DNA from: a virus | Reading direction: 5' to 3' (one strand) | DNA length: 34,571 nt | IMG/VR virus record: IMGVR_UViG_3300045988_057161 | Span: 1 to 34,571 of that record | Part shown: piece by piece, positions 25,541 through 32,873 of the stretch | How positions within the stretch are numbered: the first letter of the stretch is position 1 | Layout: each line of letters opens with the position of its first letter | Notes under the pieces: model-generated | What the model was told of the DNA's origin: nothing | Databases searched by the model: none | What the model saw: the letters and a program-made list of their open reading frames with translations, nothing else | Position numbers and translations under genes: made by a program

Positions 25541-25725
25541 AACACAAAAACCGTGAGGCCAGCTGATCAACCAACGGGTTAACCCTATCAGGTGCGGGCT
25601 GGCTGGTTGGCGCCTGGTCCACACCTGTCCGCCCCCTGGCGCCGGCGGTGTCGGGCTGGCGTGGACCTGGCCGGCCGCCGGCAGCGGGGGGTAGGGGGGT
25701 GTTTTTTCTCTTGGATAAGGTTTGG

Positions 25726-25768
25726 GGCTCAAAATGAGCCGCCCCCGTCGGCTCAAAATGAGCCGCCC
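25726..25768. promoter_or_regulatory. Two copies of a 19-bp repeat, each containing the 15-bp palindrome GGCTCAAAATGAGCC. Putative operator pair.
   Basis: ggctcaaaatgagccgccc at 25726-25744 and 25750-25768, with 24 bp centre-to-centre. They sit in the divergent intergenic region between the leftward replication genes and the rightward early genes. Confidence 0.6.
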
Positions 25769-25799
25769 TGGATCGTGACCAATGTCACCGCGGCATGGG

Positions 25800-25828
25800 T
25801 TGACCGGCGTGTCGACACGCCGTAGATT
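25800..25828 (+). promoter_or_regulatory. Rightward early promoter: TTGACC - 17 nt - TAGATT, with an 18-bp palindrome filling the spacer
   Basis: TTGACC (25800-25805), spacer ggcgtgtcgacacgccg (17 nt), TAGATT (25823-25828). cggcgtgtcgacacgccg (25805-25822) is a perfect palindrome. The SD gaggagga and ATG 25869 follow about 40 nt downstream. Confidence 0.55.
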
Positions 25829-25868
25829 GATCCCGTCAGCCCGATCAGCCCCCCCGAGGAGGAACCAA

Positions 25869-26129
25869 ATGAACACCACCGCCCAGCTCCCCAGTCAGGC
25901 AGCCACCGCCCTGGTCGCCTGGGTCGCCACCCTCAACATCGTCTGGGTTCTGGCCTCCGCCTTCGCCCTGGTCACCGGCCACGTCACAATGGTTGTCGTC
26001 CTCGGCTTCATCGTCGGCCTGCCGGTCGCCATCCGAGCCACCCGGTCCAGCAACCGCAGGAAGGCCATTCTCCGCCACGCTGCGGCCCGAACGGCCCCGG
26101 CCCAGTACCAGGCACCAGTCGCCCGCTGA
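25869..26129 (+). CDS. Small membrane protein (2 TM), first rightward early gene
   Basis: ORF 25782..26129, trimmed to ATG 25869, which is preceded by gaggagga. Hydrophobic segments are ALVAWVATLNIVWVLASAFALV and MVVVLGFIVGLPVAI. Confidence 0.6.
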   Translation: MNTTAQLPSQAATALVAWVATLNIVWVLASAFALVTGHVTMVVVLGFIVGLPVAIRATRSSNRRKAILRHAAARTAPAQYQAPVAR

Positions 26130-26173
26130 AAGCCGCCCAGAAGCGCTCCTGCAGCTTCAGGAAGGAATGTCCC

Positions 26174-26467
26174 ATGTACCTGTCGACCACCGCCCAGAAC
26201 GACACCGCAGCCCTCATCGTCGAGTGGGTCCGCGCGAACACGATCGGTTACGGCGCCGTCGCCACCAAGGTCGGCCAGGCCGGCTATCCCGACGCCGCAG
26301 TCGTGGCCATCGCCGAGAACGGCAACACCGCCTGCACTGCGAAGGTCGCCGTCCACCACAACCGGATCGTGTACGTGTCGAAGCTCGGCGCCCACGTCTC
26401 CTACCCGATCACTTCCAAGGACGCCGGCCGGATCGTCGGAGGCTTCCTCTCTATCGAGGAGGATTAA
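26174..26467 (+). CDS. Hypothetical early protein
   Basis: 97-aa ORF with SD caggaagga and high GC3. Confidence 0.6.
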   Translation: MYLSTTAQNDTAALIVEWVRANTIGYGAVATKVGQAGYPDAAVVAIAENGNTACTAKVAVHHNRIVYVSKLGAHVSYPITSKDAGRIVGGFLSIEED

Positions 26468-26757
26468 TGTTCCGCCGCAACAAGAGGGACCCGTGGACGA
26501 TGTCCCTGGATGTCGCCAAGGAAATCGGCCGCCGCGGATTCTCTGCCGAAGCCAGGCCGGTCACCGTAAGGTCCGCCATAGAGGACGTCCAGAAATTCGC
26601 AATAGTGATTCCAGGGCGCGGCGTAGCGCTCATTAACAATGAATGCAACATCGTTGTCGCCTCCTCCAATAAACCACTTCCGCAGGCCCCGGTATTCGAA
26701 TACAAGAATGTGGAAGCCGCCGCGGAAAACATCCTGAGAAGCCTGCCACTGCCATGA
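26467..26757 (+). CDS. Hypothetical early protein with atypical (lower GC3) codon usage
   Basis: C-terminal 96 aa of ORF 25993..26757. ATG 26467 overlaps the previous stop (TAATG). The 3' half is about 52% GC by count and has many A/T-ending codons. Confidence 0.55.
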   Translation: MFRRNKRDPWTMSLDVAKEIGRRGFSAEARPVTVRSAIEDVQKFAIVIPGRGVALINNECNIVVASSNKPLPQAPVFEYKNVEAAAENILRSLPLP

Positions 26758-26924
26758 ATATCCCCCAGAACACCGCAATGAAGAACCGATCCGAGTGCGC
26801 GAAAGCTGCCGCCGTCAGGTACAGGAAGCGTGTCGAGCGAGCCGAGATGGCCGACTGGAAACACGTCACCTATACCGACCCGGCCACCGGCCGCGCCCAG
26901 ATAATCAACATCCGCCACAGCTGA
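26754..26924 (+). CDS. Hypothetical small basic protein (56 aa)
   Basis: My own translation: MNIPQNTAMKNRSECAKAAAVRYRKRVERAEMADWKHVTYTDPATGRAQIINIRHS. ATGA overlap with the upstream stop and high GC3. It is below the ORF-track cut-off. Confidence 0.5.
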   Translation: MNIPQNTAMKNRSECAKAAAVRYRKRVERAEMADWKHVTYTDPATGRAQIINIRHS

Positions 26925-26936
26925 AAGGAACCACCA

Positions 26937-27221
26937 TTGTCGCCACTGTCCCAGTCCCGCCTCCTCGCACCGCTCCTCGAGGCGATCCGCAACTGCCTCG
27001 GCTACGGCGAGTACGCCGCCTTCCGACGCACCACCTACGGATCCCCCTACATCGAGGCCCGCACCGAGCGCGGCAACATGATCGCCAGCGTCTGCGAGGA
27101 CGGCCTGTACGCGTTGGACGCCGCCGGCAGCAGGTACGCCTGCGATCCGAACGGCACTAAGGACGCCATCTACAACACGATCCGCAGGTCCCTCAACGCC
27201 GCCCGCGAGGAGTGGGCATGA
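26937..27221 (+). CDS. Hypothetical early protein
   Basis: 94-aa ORF with a TTG start, preceded by gaaaggaac. Confidence 0.55.
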   Translation: MSPLSQSRLLAPLLEAIRNCLGYGEYAAFRRTTYGSPYIEARTERGNMIASVCEDGLYALDAAGSRYACDPNGTKDAIYNTIRRSLNAAREEWA

Positions 27222-27520
27222 TCGGCCGTCACGCCGACGTCGCAGACCGGACCGCCATGGCCAAGGTCATCGCTGACATCTGCCTCCGCGACCACCCAGG
27301 CCCCGACTACCTCGTTGAGGCGCCCCTGACTGACAGCGAAGCCGCAACCCTGCACATTTACTTAGACGACCAAGACCTCCTGACCGTCCACGTCGGCCGG
27401 GCCGGAGTCACCATGTACGCCGGTCGATCAATCGTGGACATGCCATACCAATGCGACGCGCACCCCGCGGACGTAGCCAACCAACTCCTCGGCACAATGA
27501 TGAAAGGAACGCTCCGATGA
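27218..27520 (+). CDS. Hypothetical early protein
   Basis: ORF 27212..27520. ATG 27218 forms an ATGA overlap with the upstream stop. Confidence 0.55.
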   Translation: MIGRHADVADRTAMAKVIADICLRDHPGPDYLVEAPLTDSEAATLHIYLDDQDLLTVHVGRAGVTMYAGRSIVDMPYQCDAHPADVANQLLGTMMKGTLR

Positions 27521-28206
27521 TAGACCGCATCGAGCACGCAAAGATAGTCGCCCAGTCCTCGCTGATCCCCGCCGAGTACCGCGGGAAGCCCGCCGATATC
27601 GTGTGGGCTATGGACATCGGTGATGCCCTGGGCGTCCCGTACACGCAGGTGATGCAGTCGATGGTCGTGGCTCGCGGCAAGATGACGATGTCCGCCGACC
27701 TGATGGGCGCGGTCGTGCGCAGGGCCGGCCATAAGCTGCGTTTCCGCGAGGATGGTGACTCCGTTACCGCGACTCTGATCCGCGCCGACGACCCCGACTA
27801 CGAGTTCGTCGCTACTTGGGACAAGGCGAAGGCGCAAGCTGCCGGCCTGTGGGGCAGCCGCGGCCCGTGGCAGCAGTACCCGATGCAGATGCTCCGCGCC
27901 CGCGCCACCACCGAGGTGTGCCGTCAGGGTGCGTCAGACGCCCTCGCGGGCACCGTCTACACGCCGGAGGAGCTGGAGCCCGCGGGCACGCAGAACACCC
28001 CCCAGAAGGCCGCACCGGACCGCACACAGCGGGACATGACCCGCACCATCCTCATGGACTACTCCCGCGAGACCGGCCGGGACGCCAACGAAGTGTGGCA
28101 GCTGGCGCAGGCTGCCGGTGCCAGCATGGACGACCCCGACTCCCTGTCCGCTGTCATCGACAAGTGGGAGTCAGGCGTCAACCCGGAGCCGCAGGAGGGA
28201 TGGTGA
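27517..28206 (+). CDS. recT: RecT-family single-strand annealing recombinase
   Basis: ORF 27451..28206, trimmed to ATG 27517 (ATGA overlap, gaaaggaac SD). AQSSLIPAEYRGKPADIVWAMDIGDALGVPYTQVMQSMVVARGKMTMSADLM...WQQYPMQMLRARATTEVCR matches the RecT pattern. Confidence 0.8.
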   Translation: MIDRIEHAKIVAQSSLIPAEYRGKPADIVWAMDIGDALGVPYTQVMQSMVVARGKMTMSADLMGAVVRRAGHKLRFREDGDSVTATLIRADDPDYEFVATWDKAKAQAAGLWGSRGPWQQYPMQMLRARATTEVCRQGASDALAGTVYTPEELEPAGTQNTPQKAAPDRTQRDMTRTILMDYSRETGRDANEVWQLAQAAGASMDDPDSLSAVIDKWESGVNPEPQEGW

Positions 28207-28571
28207 GCCTCCAGGCTGTTACCCCGATCGGAGTGCAGCGGCGCATCCTGTCCCTCATGTGGATCGGTCACCCCGAGTCGCGAATCGCCGACATGGCCGG
28301 CGTGAAGCTGGAGTCAGTTCGGAAAGGCCGGTCGGGCGAGTACGTCCCCGAAGAGGACAGGCTTCTCATCGCGTGCGCCTGGTCCCGCAACCAATGCAAC
28401 CCCGCCCCCGTAAACTACAGGTCGCAGGCCGCCCACAAGACAGCAGTTGCCTCCGGCGCCCACTCCCCGCTCGCATGGGACGAAGACGACATCGACAACT
28501 ACCACGCCGAACCGCACGACCTGACGATGGGCCGAGACCGATCCCCATGGAACAGAAAGGAACACCCATGA
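28200..28571 (+). CDS. Putative HTH DNA-binding protein
   Basis: ORF 27816..28571, trimmed to ATG 28200, which is preceded by gcaggaggg. RRILSLMWIGHPESRIADMAGVKLESVRKGRSG looks like a helix-turn-helix. Confidence 0.45.
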   Translation: MVSLQAVTPIGVQRRILSLMWIGHPESRIADMAGVKLESVRKGRSGEYVPEEDRLLIACAWSRNQCNPAPVNYRSQAAHKTAVASGAHSPLAWDEDDIDNYHAEPHDLTMGRDRSPWNRKEHP

Positions 28572-29110
28572 AGATCACCATCCAAAAGACAGCGAACGTG
28601 CCCGACCCGGTACGGGCTCACAACACGGATGCCGGACTCGACCTGTACATCCCCGAAGGTCAGGGCTGCCTGGTTCGCCCGGGCGCCGTGTACACGATCG
28701 ACCTCGGCGTCCGAGTCGCCATCACCGATGGCTACTACGGGCAGCTGACCCTGCGGTCCGCCGCCGGCAAGAAAGGACTCGCCATCCCTAACGGAGTCGG
28801 CATTATCGACTCCGGGTACCGCGGCAACGTCAAGCTCCTCGCTGTCGCGCTCGCTGAGCCGGTCCTTGTCGCCGCCGGGGAGCGGATCTGCCAGCTGGTC
28901 ATCATGCCGCTGCCGGCCGTTGAGGTGGAGATCGGTGTTGTGGACGACGACACCGACCGCGGCACCGGCGGGTTCGGGTCCACCGGCGTCGGCGACATGG
29001 TCGGCGCCAGCGCCACCCCCAGATCATCGGCGGGCTCACCGCTGGACGGCTCATGGGGCAGCTGCAGGAGGCCGTTTTCCGGCACGGCAACGGCGACCCC
29101 GTGGTGGTGA
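28568..29110 (+). CDS. dut: dUTP diphosphatase (trimeric dUTPase) with an atypical C-terminal extension of about 40 aa
   Basis: ORF 28118..29110, trimmed to ATG 28568 (ATGA overlap, gaaaggaac SD). Motifs are DAGLDL, GIIDSGYRGN, ERICQLV and DRGTGGFGSTG. The extension runs into repeat copy 1. Confidence 0.85.
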   Translation: MKITIQKTANVPDPVRAHNTDAGLDLYIPEGQGCLVRPGAVYTIDLGVRVAITDGYYGQLTLRSAAGKKGLAIPNGVGIIDSGYRGNVKLLAVALAEPVLVAAGERICQLVIMPLPAVEVEIGVVDDDTDRGTGGFGSTGVGDMVGASATPRSSAGSPLDGSWGSCRRPFSGTATATPWW

Positions 29111-29149
29111 TCTCATGAGCGACAACGTGAACCACCCCGACCACTACAC
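29089..29149 (+). repeat. 61-bp perfect direct repeat, copy 1
   Basis: aacggcgaccccgtggtggtgatctcatgagcgacaacgtgaaccaccccgaccactacac, identical to 29676-29736. Confidence 0.95.
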
Positions 29150-29444
29150 CTCCTCCGATCCAGAGTTCCTCTCCGTCGTCAGGCACCTCCTTCCCGGTGA
29201 GAGGCGGATCGTTGAGTGCCTTGTCGGCTCCGTGAGTAAGTCCGGAGAGGCAGCCAAGGAGGAGTTCCGCAAGGCAGTCCGGCAGGCGCGCCGCATCGCA
29301 TGCGACGAGGAAGGGCGCTACGACCCGGGCGCTGTCGATGTTGCCATCGGCCACATCCTGGGCGTCATCGCCGCGTTCGCCCCCAGCGGCCCCGGCCTCT
29401 GGCGGGATGTTTTCGATGCCGCCTACCGCATCTCAGGCGAGTAG
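29115..29444 (+). CDS. Hypothetical protein sharing its first 12 aa (MSDNVNHPDHYT) with the DUF3310-like gene
   Basis: Internal ATG of ORF 28866..29444. The N-terminus is encoded by repeat copy 1, after which the sequence diverges completely. Confidence 0.5.
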   Translation: MSDNVNHPDHYTSSDPEFLSVVRHLLPGERRIVECLVGSVSKSGEAAKEEFRKAVRQARRIACDEEGRYDPGAVDVAIGHILGVIAAFAPSGPGLWRDVFDAAYRISGE

Positions 29445-29459
29445 AGAAGAGATGCCAGT

Positions 29460-29705
29460 ATGAACAACAAGAGGAGAAAGATGAACGACAGGATCTACCT
29501 CACAGTCGACGGTCTCATGCGCGAGATGCAGGAAATCGCCGACCGGTACGGCAACATTCCCGTTGCCACCTTCACCACGGCGAACGCTGACTACGAACAG
29601 GCCACTGTCCCGTTCGTCATGCACACCAGGAGAGAGCCCGTGCCCGGCGACTGGGACCTGTTCCACGTCGACCCTAACGGCGACCCCGTGGTGGTGATCT
29701 CATGA
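29460..29705 (+). CDS. Hypothetical protein whose C-terminus NGDPVVVIS is encoded by repeat copy 2
   Basis: 81-aa ORF. An alternative start, ATG 29481, is preceded by aagaggagaaag. Confidence 0.5.
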   Translation: MNNKRRKMNDRIYLTVDGLMREMQEIADRYGNIPVATFTTANADYEQATVPFVMHTRREPVPGDWDLFHVDPNGDPVVVIS

Positions 29706-29736
29706 GCGACAACGTGAACCACCCCGACCACTACAC
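29676..29736 (+). repeat. 61-bp perfect direct repeat, copy 2
   Basis: Identical to 29089-29149, offset by 587 bp. Confidence 0.95.
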
Positions 29737-30079
29737 GCGGTGGCCCGTCGAGGCCATCAACCTGACCGAACGGGAAACATTCCTGATCGGCAACATTCTG
29801 AAGTACGCGCTCCGCGCCGGCGTTAAAGATGGGGCCACGTACGGGGAGGACATGGCAAAAGCCTGCTGGTACGCACGCAGGCATGTCGGCAACATCGCCG
29901 GCCGCGACTCCTGGCAGGCAGGCCTCGACTCCCTACAGGCGCACTTCGCTGACGCGGTCGCCTACCTGTCCTCCCGGCGGGAGGACGTCACCGAGATGCG
30001 CGAATACCTGCGAGACCAGCTGGCCGCCGTCTACGACCAGGTCGAGAAGGAGGAATGCGAGGCATGGGACGCAACCTGA
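29702..30079 (+). CDS. DUF3310-like (SaV-like) protein
   Basis: 125-aa ORF. VNHPDHYT...EAINL...FLIGNILKYALRAG.KDG is the recognisable DUF3310 pattern. Confidence 0.6.
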   Translation: MSDNVNHPDHYTRWPVEAINLTERETFLIGNILKYALRAGVKDGATYGEDMAKACWYARRHVGNIAGRDSWQAGLDSLQAHFADAVAYLSSRREDVTEMREYLRDQLAAVYDQVEKEECEAWDAT

Positions 30080-30447
30080 GGTCCGCGAAAGCCGCCGGGT
30101 CCCGGTTCGAACGGCTCATCGCAGACCACCTCAACGACCGGCTGTACGGCCTCCACGTCGACCGGCAAGTCAAGACCGGGGCGTGCGACTCCGGAGACAT
30201 CGCCGGCGTCCACATCGCCGGTAGGCGCATCGCCATCGAATGCAAAAACGTTACCCGCATGGACTTGCCCACGTGGGTGCGGGAAGCGCATACTGAAGCC
30301 GGCAACATCGGTGCCGCCGCCGGCGTGGTCGTCCACAAGAGACACGGCAACGGCAAACCCGAAGACCAGTGGGTGACCATGACCGTCACCGACCTTGTCA
30401 CCATCGTCAACCTGTTCAACGAAAGGAACACCAATAATGGCCGCTGA
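30055..30447 (+). CDS. PD-(D/E)XK nuclease, Holliday-junction-resolvase-like
   Basis: 130-aa ORF (alternative start ATG 30064). GSRFERLIADHL...SGDIAGV...IAIECKN gives an E...D...ExK arrangement as in Hjc-type resolvases. Confidence 0.5.
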   Translation: MRGMGRNLRSAKAAGSRFERLIADHLNDRLYGLHVDRQVKTGACDSGDIAGVHIAGRRIAIECKNVTRMDLPTWVREAHTEAGNIGAAAGVVVHKRHGNGKPEDQWVTMTVTDLVTIVNLFNERNTNNGR

Positions 30448-30835
30448 GATTATCGTTACGGGGACGCTCACCAGAGACCCGGAGATCAAGTACGCGCAGT
30501 CCGGCACTCCCATGCTGAAGCTTGCCCTGGCCGCCACCAGACGAGCTCAGAACCGGGACACGAAGCAGTGGGAAGACGACGGTGACCCTCTGTACATCGA
30601 CGTCACGTTCTTCGGCGACCGGGAGAACTACCTCGGCGACATCCTCCACAAGGGCGACCAGGTGTCCGTGACCGGCGCGCTCGTCCGCCGCAACTGGGAG
30701 GCTGGCGACAAGTCTGGCGTTGCCCTCGAGGTCCGCTTCCCGAAGCTCCTCGGCTACGTCAAGAAGGCCGACAAGGCTGGCGGCGTGCAGGCGCTCGCCG
30801 CGGCCACGTCCAACACGTTCAACGTGCCGTTCTGA
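30437..30835 (+). CDS. ssb: Single-stranded DNA-binding protein
   Basis: ORF 30395..30835, trimmed to ATG 30437 (gaaaggaac SD). OB-fold pattern: IIVTGTLTRDPEIKYAQSGTPMLKLALA...YIDVTFFG...GDQVSVTGALVRRNWE. The C-terminus ends in a PF tip. Confidence 0.8.
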   Translation: MAAEIIVTGTLTRDPEIKYAQSGTPMLKLALAATRRAQNRDTKQWEDDGDPLYIDVTFFGDRENYLGDILHKGDQVSVTGALVRRNWEAGDKSGVALEVRFPKLLGYVKKADKAGGVQALAAATSNTFNVPF

Positions 30836-30845
30836 CCGGCGTCAC

Positions 30846-30880
30846 GGGTGGGGGGAAACCGGCCGGGAGTACCCCCACCC
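30846..30880 (+). terminator. Hairpin after ssb (9-bp stem gggtggggg/cccccaccc)
   Basis: Arms at 30846-30854 and 30872-30880 with a 17-nt loop, 11 nt after the ssb stop. There is no clear U-tract. Confidence 0.4.
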
Positions 30881-30924
30881 ACCTCACTACACGTAGACCC
30901 TCATAAAACGAAAGGTACAAGCAA

Positions 30925-31203
30925 ATGGCTCCATTCGAGATCGTGATCGCCTCGCAGCCGTCCTGCCAGCAGTGCCGCTCCTCGAAGCGGTACCTGACTA
31001 AGAACGCCACTCCGTACCTGGAGACGAAGTACAAGGACGACGACACCGCGCAGGCAATCGCTGCCGCCAACAACTACACGGCCGCGCCCGTCTGCTACGT
31101 GCTCGACAAGCGCAGCGGTGACACACTCGCCCATTGGGCCGGGTTCAACATGTTCAAGCTCCGCCAGTGGGTGAACAACTACAAGGAAGAGACCGGCAAG
31201 TGA
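30925..31203 (+). CDS. nrdH: NrdH-like glutaredoxin
   Basis: 92-aa ORF with a CQQC redox motif near the N-terminus, APVCYV, and WAGFNMFKL, as in NrdH redoxins. Confidence 0.7.
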   Translation: MAPFEIVIASQPSCQQCRSSKRYLTKNATPYLETKYKDDDTAQAIAAANNYTAAPVCYVLDKRSGDTLAHWAGFNMFKLRQWVNNYKEETGK

Positions 31204-32354
31204 CCCCTTTGGACGAGGCAATCCTCGAGAACGACGCCCTGCCACAGCATCAGCGGCGCACCAACCAGGCCATCGCCGACGAGTACGGCACCTCGGAGGC
31301 GGCCGTCAGACGGCACAGGAAGGCCCTGAAGCGCCGCAGCGAGATGGGCAAGGGCGGCGTAGATGAGTACTTCGGCGTGCCCGTAGAGGCTATCACCGCC
31401 CGCGGGAAAACGGTGCGGCTGGCCGACGGATCCTACGAAAAGATCACGTACAAGCCTGGCGTGGCCGAGCGTAAGGAGGTGCAGGCGAGGCGGTTCGAAG
31501 ACCTGGCGCCGATCTTCGCTGAGCCTGTCCCGTCCGCCGACGTCACGGACAGACAGTCCACTCTTGTGGTGGTCCTGTCAGACCTGCAGATCGGGAAGAC
31601 CGACCGGGGGGGTGGCACCGAGGAAACCGTCCGCAGGGTCCGTTCCGCTGTCGCCCGGATAGCCGACCATGCGGCCGGCCGGTACCGGAAGGTTATTCTC
31701 GTGGACTGCGGCGACTCCACCGAAGGGTTCAGTAACACGGTCAGTCAGGCGCAGACCAACGATCTGCCGCTCACCTACCAGATCAGGACGGCGCAGGCGC
31801 TGATCGCTGACACGCTCCGGACGCTGGTGCCAGTCGCCCCGGAGGTCACCTACGTGGCAGTCCCGTCGAACCACTGCCAGGTCCGCACCGGGGTCGGACG
31901 CAGCAACAGGGCATCGTTCCCCGGAGATGACTACGGGCTGCTGATCGCTGACAACATCCGGCAGATCATTGCCGGCAGACCCGGCTACGAGCACGTCCAG
32001 TTTGAGACGCCAGAGAAGCGGCTTGAGTCGCTGACCGTGCGTGCCGCCGACGGGACAGTCATGGGGGTCACTCACGGGCATGCTGCCGGGGCGAAGAGCC
32101 GGGTTGTGGACTGGTTCCGGGGACAGGCGTTCGGCTGTACCGCCGGGATGCAGAACGCCAGGGTGCTGTTGCATGGCCACTGGCATTCCTTCTCAGTGCA
32201 GACAGTCGGAGATAACAGGCAGATCATTTGCGCGCCGACCGCCGACCCGGGGTCCAGTTGGTTCCAGAACGCTTCTGGCGACTCGTCTGCGCCGTCTCTG
32301 CTGACGTTCGAGCTGGGGCGTGGGACATCGGCCGGCTGGCGCCTCTGGTCGTGA
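31200..32354 (+). CDS. Calcineurin-like metallophosphoesterase with an N-terminal HTH-like segment
   Basis: ORF 31134..32354, trimmed to GTG 31200 (GTGA overlap with the nrdH stop). Motifs are LSDLQIG, DCGDSTEG, VPSNH, VTHGH and LLHGHWH. The N-terminal NQAIADEYGTSEAAVRRHRKALKRR is HTH-like. Confidence 0.7.
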   Translation: MTPLDEAILENDALPQHQRRTNQAIADEYGTSEAAVRRHRKALKRRSEMGKGGVDEYFGVPVEAITARGKTVRLADGSYEKITYKPGVAERKEVQARRFEDLAPIFAEPVPSADVTDRQSTLVVVLSDLQIGKTDRGGGTEETVRRVRSAVARIADHAAGRYRKVILVDCGDSTEGFSNTVSQAQTNDLPLTYQIRTAQALIADTLRTLVPVAPEVTYVAVPSNHCQVRTGVGRSNRASFPGDDYGLLIADNIRQIIAGRPGYEHVQFETPEKRLESLTVRAADGTVMGVTHGHAAGAKSRVVDWFRGQAFGCTAGMQNARVLLHGHWHSFSVQTVGDNRQIICAPTADPGSSWFQNASGDSSAPSLLTFELGRGTSAGWRLWS

Positions 32355-32407
32355 TGCTGCCGTCGCGGTAACGCGTTCCTGGTATGTGGCCCTGCGGCGC
32401 CGCCCAT

Positions 32408-32444
32408 CCCGCCCCCCTTCGTCATTGCGGTGTCTGGGGGCGGG
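32408..32444 (+). terminator. Hairpin (cccgccccc/gggggcggg) after the phosphoesterase gene
   Basis: 9-bp arms at 32408-32416 and 32436-32444 with a 19-nt loop, followed by ccttcatt. Confidence 0.35.
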
Positions 32445-32502
32445 CCTTCATTGGGCGCCTGCCCGCCAACCCGAGTGTGTGCCAGGCGTCACAGCTACGG
32501 GG

Positions 32503-32531
32503 TTGCCCCCCGGGCGCCGCGAGAGTAGGGT
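32503..32531 (+). promoter_or_regulatory. Candidate internal promoter TTGCCC - 17 nt - TAGGGT
   Basis: TTGCCC (32503-32508), a 17-nt spacer, TAGGGT (32526-32531). It sits in the 254-nt gap upstream of the 32609 gene and has the same geometry as the 25800 promoter. Confidence 0.35.
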
Positions 32532-32608
32532 CAGTCATGTTCGACCGACCGACCCGGGCGGGGGTGAAGCGCCGCAGCCACACCCCCTCCCCCCGAAAGG
32601 AACCATCA

Positions 32609-32827
32609 ATGAAGTCATCCACCCTGGCTCGGATTGCCGCCTGGAACGTCATCGCCGACCAGGGGCTGCCCGCCGGCACCAAGGTCGTCGTCGAGGACGG
32701 ATGGGTCACCATCCTCACCCGTGGCGGACAGCCAACCCGCATCCCCTACGGCCCCGCAGACTCCTCCGAGAGCCTCTACGGCGCCCTCAAAGCCGCAGTC
32801 CAGACAACCACCCAGGACGCCCACTGA
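32609..32827 (+). CDS. Hypothetical small protein (72 aa)
   Basis: ORF 32384..32827, trimmed to ATG 32609, which is preceded by gaaaggaac. Confidence 0.55.
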   Translation: MKSSTLARIAAWNVIADQGLPAGTKVVVEDGWVTILTRGGQPTRIPYGPADSSESLYGALKAAVQTTTQDAH

Positions 32828-32873
32828 CAGGCCGTCAGAGGGCCTCCCGTAGCCTCGAAAGGAACCCCCAATA

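Noticed and set aside
25541-25879. N-terminal 113 aa of the 414-aa ORF 24635..25879 as coding sequence
   Set aside because: This part spans the twin palindromes, the rightward promoter and the start of the first rightward gene. It is Pro/Gly/Arg-rich and has no domain. It is more likely intergenic.
25993-26466. Long 5' extensions of plus-strand ORFs (25993..26757, 27451..28206, 27816..28571, 28118..29110, 28866..29444, 30395..30835, 31134..32354, 32384..32827)
   Set aside because: Each extension overlaps the better-supported upstream gene in another frame. Internal starts with a GAAAGGAAC/GGAGG SD, or ATGA/GTGA stop-start coupling, give a tiled, non-overlapping gene map.
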